Below, piece by piece: positions 15,861-16,043 of a stretch of 16,043 nucleotides of DNA. The notes below the pieces were generated by a model that was given only the letters and a program-made list of their open reading frames with translations, made no database searches and was not told the DNA's origin. The position numbers and the translations under genes are program-made. The DNA is from Myxococcota bacterium (GTDB lineage: Bacteria > Myxococcota > XYA12-FULL-58-9 > JALHOP01). Position 1 is the first letter of the stretch; every line of letters begins with the position of its first letter. Location: the NCBI GenBank assembly GCA_041288095.1, contig JBGGMJ010000186.1:1-16043 (forward strand), in the 5' to 3' direction.

Positions 15861-16043
15861 CACGCCGCCTGGACCGAGAGGGTCTCGCTCGGCCGATCAC
15901 GGCTCATGAGAAAATACGTCGTGCCACCGGCGAGCGCGGCGCCCGCGGCCACCGCCGTCCAGAACCACCACTTGGTGAAGATGCCGCCGCTCCGCACTTC
16001 GCTGGTGCTGGTCGCGAGTGGCGTATCGTCGTAGGCCAGCGCG
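15857..16043 (-). CDS. C-terminal end of a membrane/envelope protein with a KWWFW tail (5'-truncated by the window edge; not in the ORF track)
   Basis: Manual translation from 16042 gives ALAYDDTPLATSTSEVRSGGIFTKWWFWTAVAAGAALAGGTTYFLMSRDRPSETLSVQAAW*. The stop TGA at 15859-15857 overlaps the Kelch gene GTG. Such tails are typical of myxobacterial TPR/PEGA envelope proteins. Confidence 0.8.
   Translation of the reverse strand, partial: ALAYDDTPLATSTSEVRSGGIFTKWWFWTAVAAGAALAGGTTYFLMSRDRPSETLSVQAAW

Noticed and set aside
1..16043. CRISPR array, tRNA/rRNA, IS element or prophage
   Set aside because: All intergenic gaps are under ~70 nt and I found no spaced direct repeats, cloverleaf, transposase or phage genes by eye.

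Overview
GC-rich, gene-dense bacterial chromosomal window that looks like Myxococcota/Deltaproteobacteria (inferred from gene content and protein styles, not from a search). Order: 3' part of valS and a coupled DUF3228-like gene (+); a convergent minus-strand run of lipoprotein -> ClpX-like ATPase -> M28/glutaminyl-cyclase-like enzyme -> ExeA-type ATPase with a long acidic tail; a plus-strand run of tandem-domain lipoprotein, SAM methyltransferase, MoxR ATPase and DUF58; and a tightly coupled minus-strand operon of a partial WWFW-tailed membrane protein -> Kelch lipoprotein -> small acidic TPR protein -> ~1266-aa double nuclease. The best candidate for an undescribed system is this last gene: an RNase II/R (RNB+S1) module fused to an OB-fold + EEP nuclease/phosphatase module, with a low-complexity N-terminal leader instead of a signal peptide, translationally coupled to a chaperone/immunity-like TPR gene. 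The second candidate is the ClpX paralogue (no zinc-binding domain, no RKH loop, no adjacent clpP) coupled to a signal-less M28 enzyme behind a structured intergenic region. I saw no RNA genes, CRISPR arrays or mobile elements. Family assignments come from motif recognition by eye; no database search was run.
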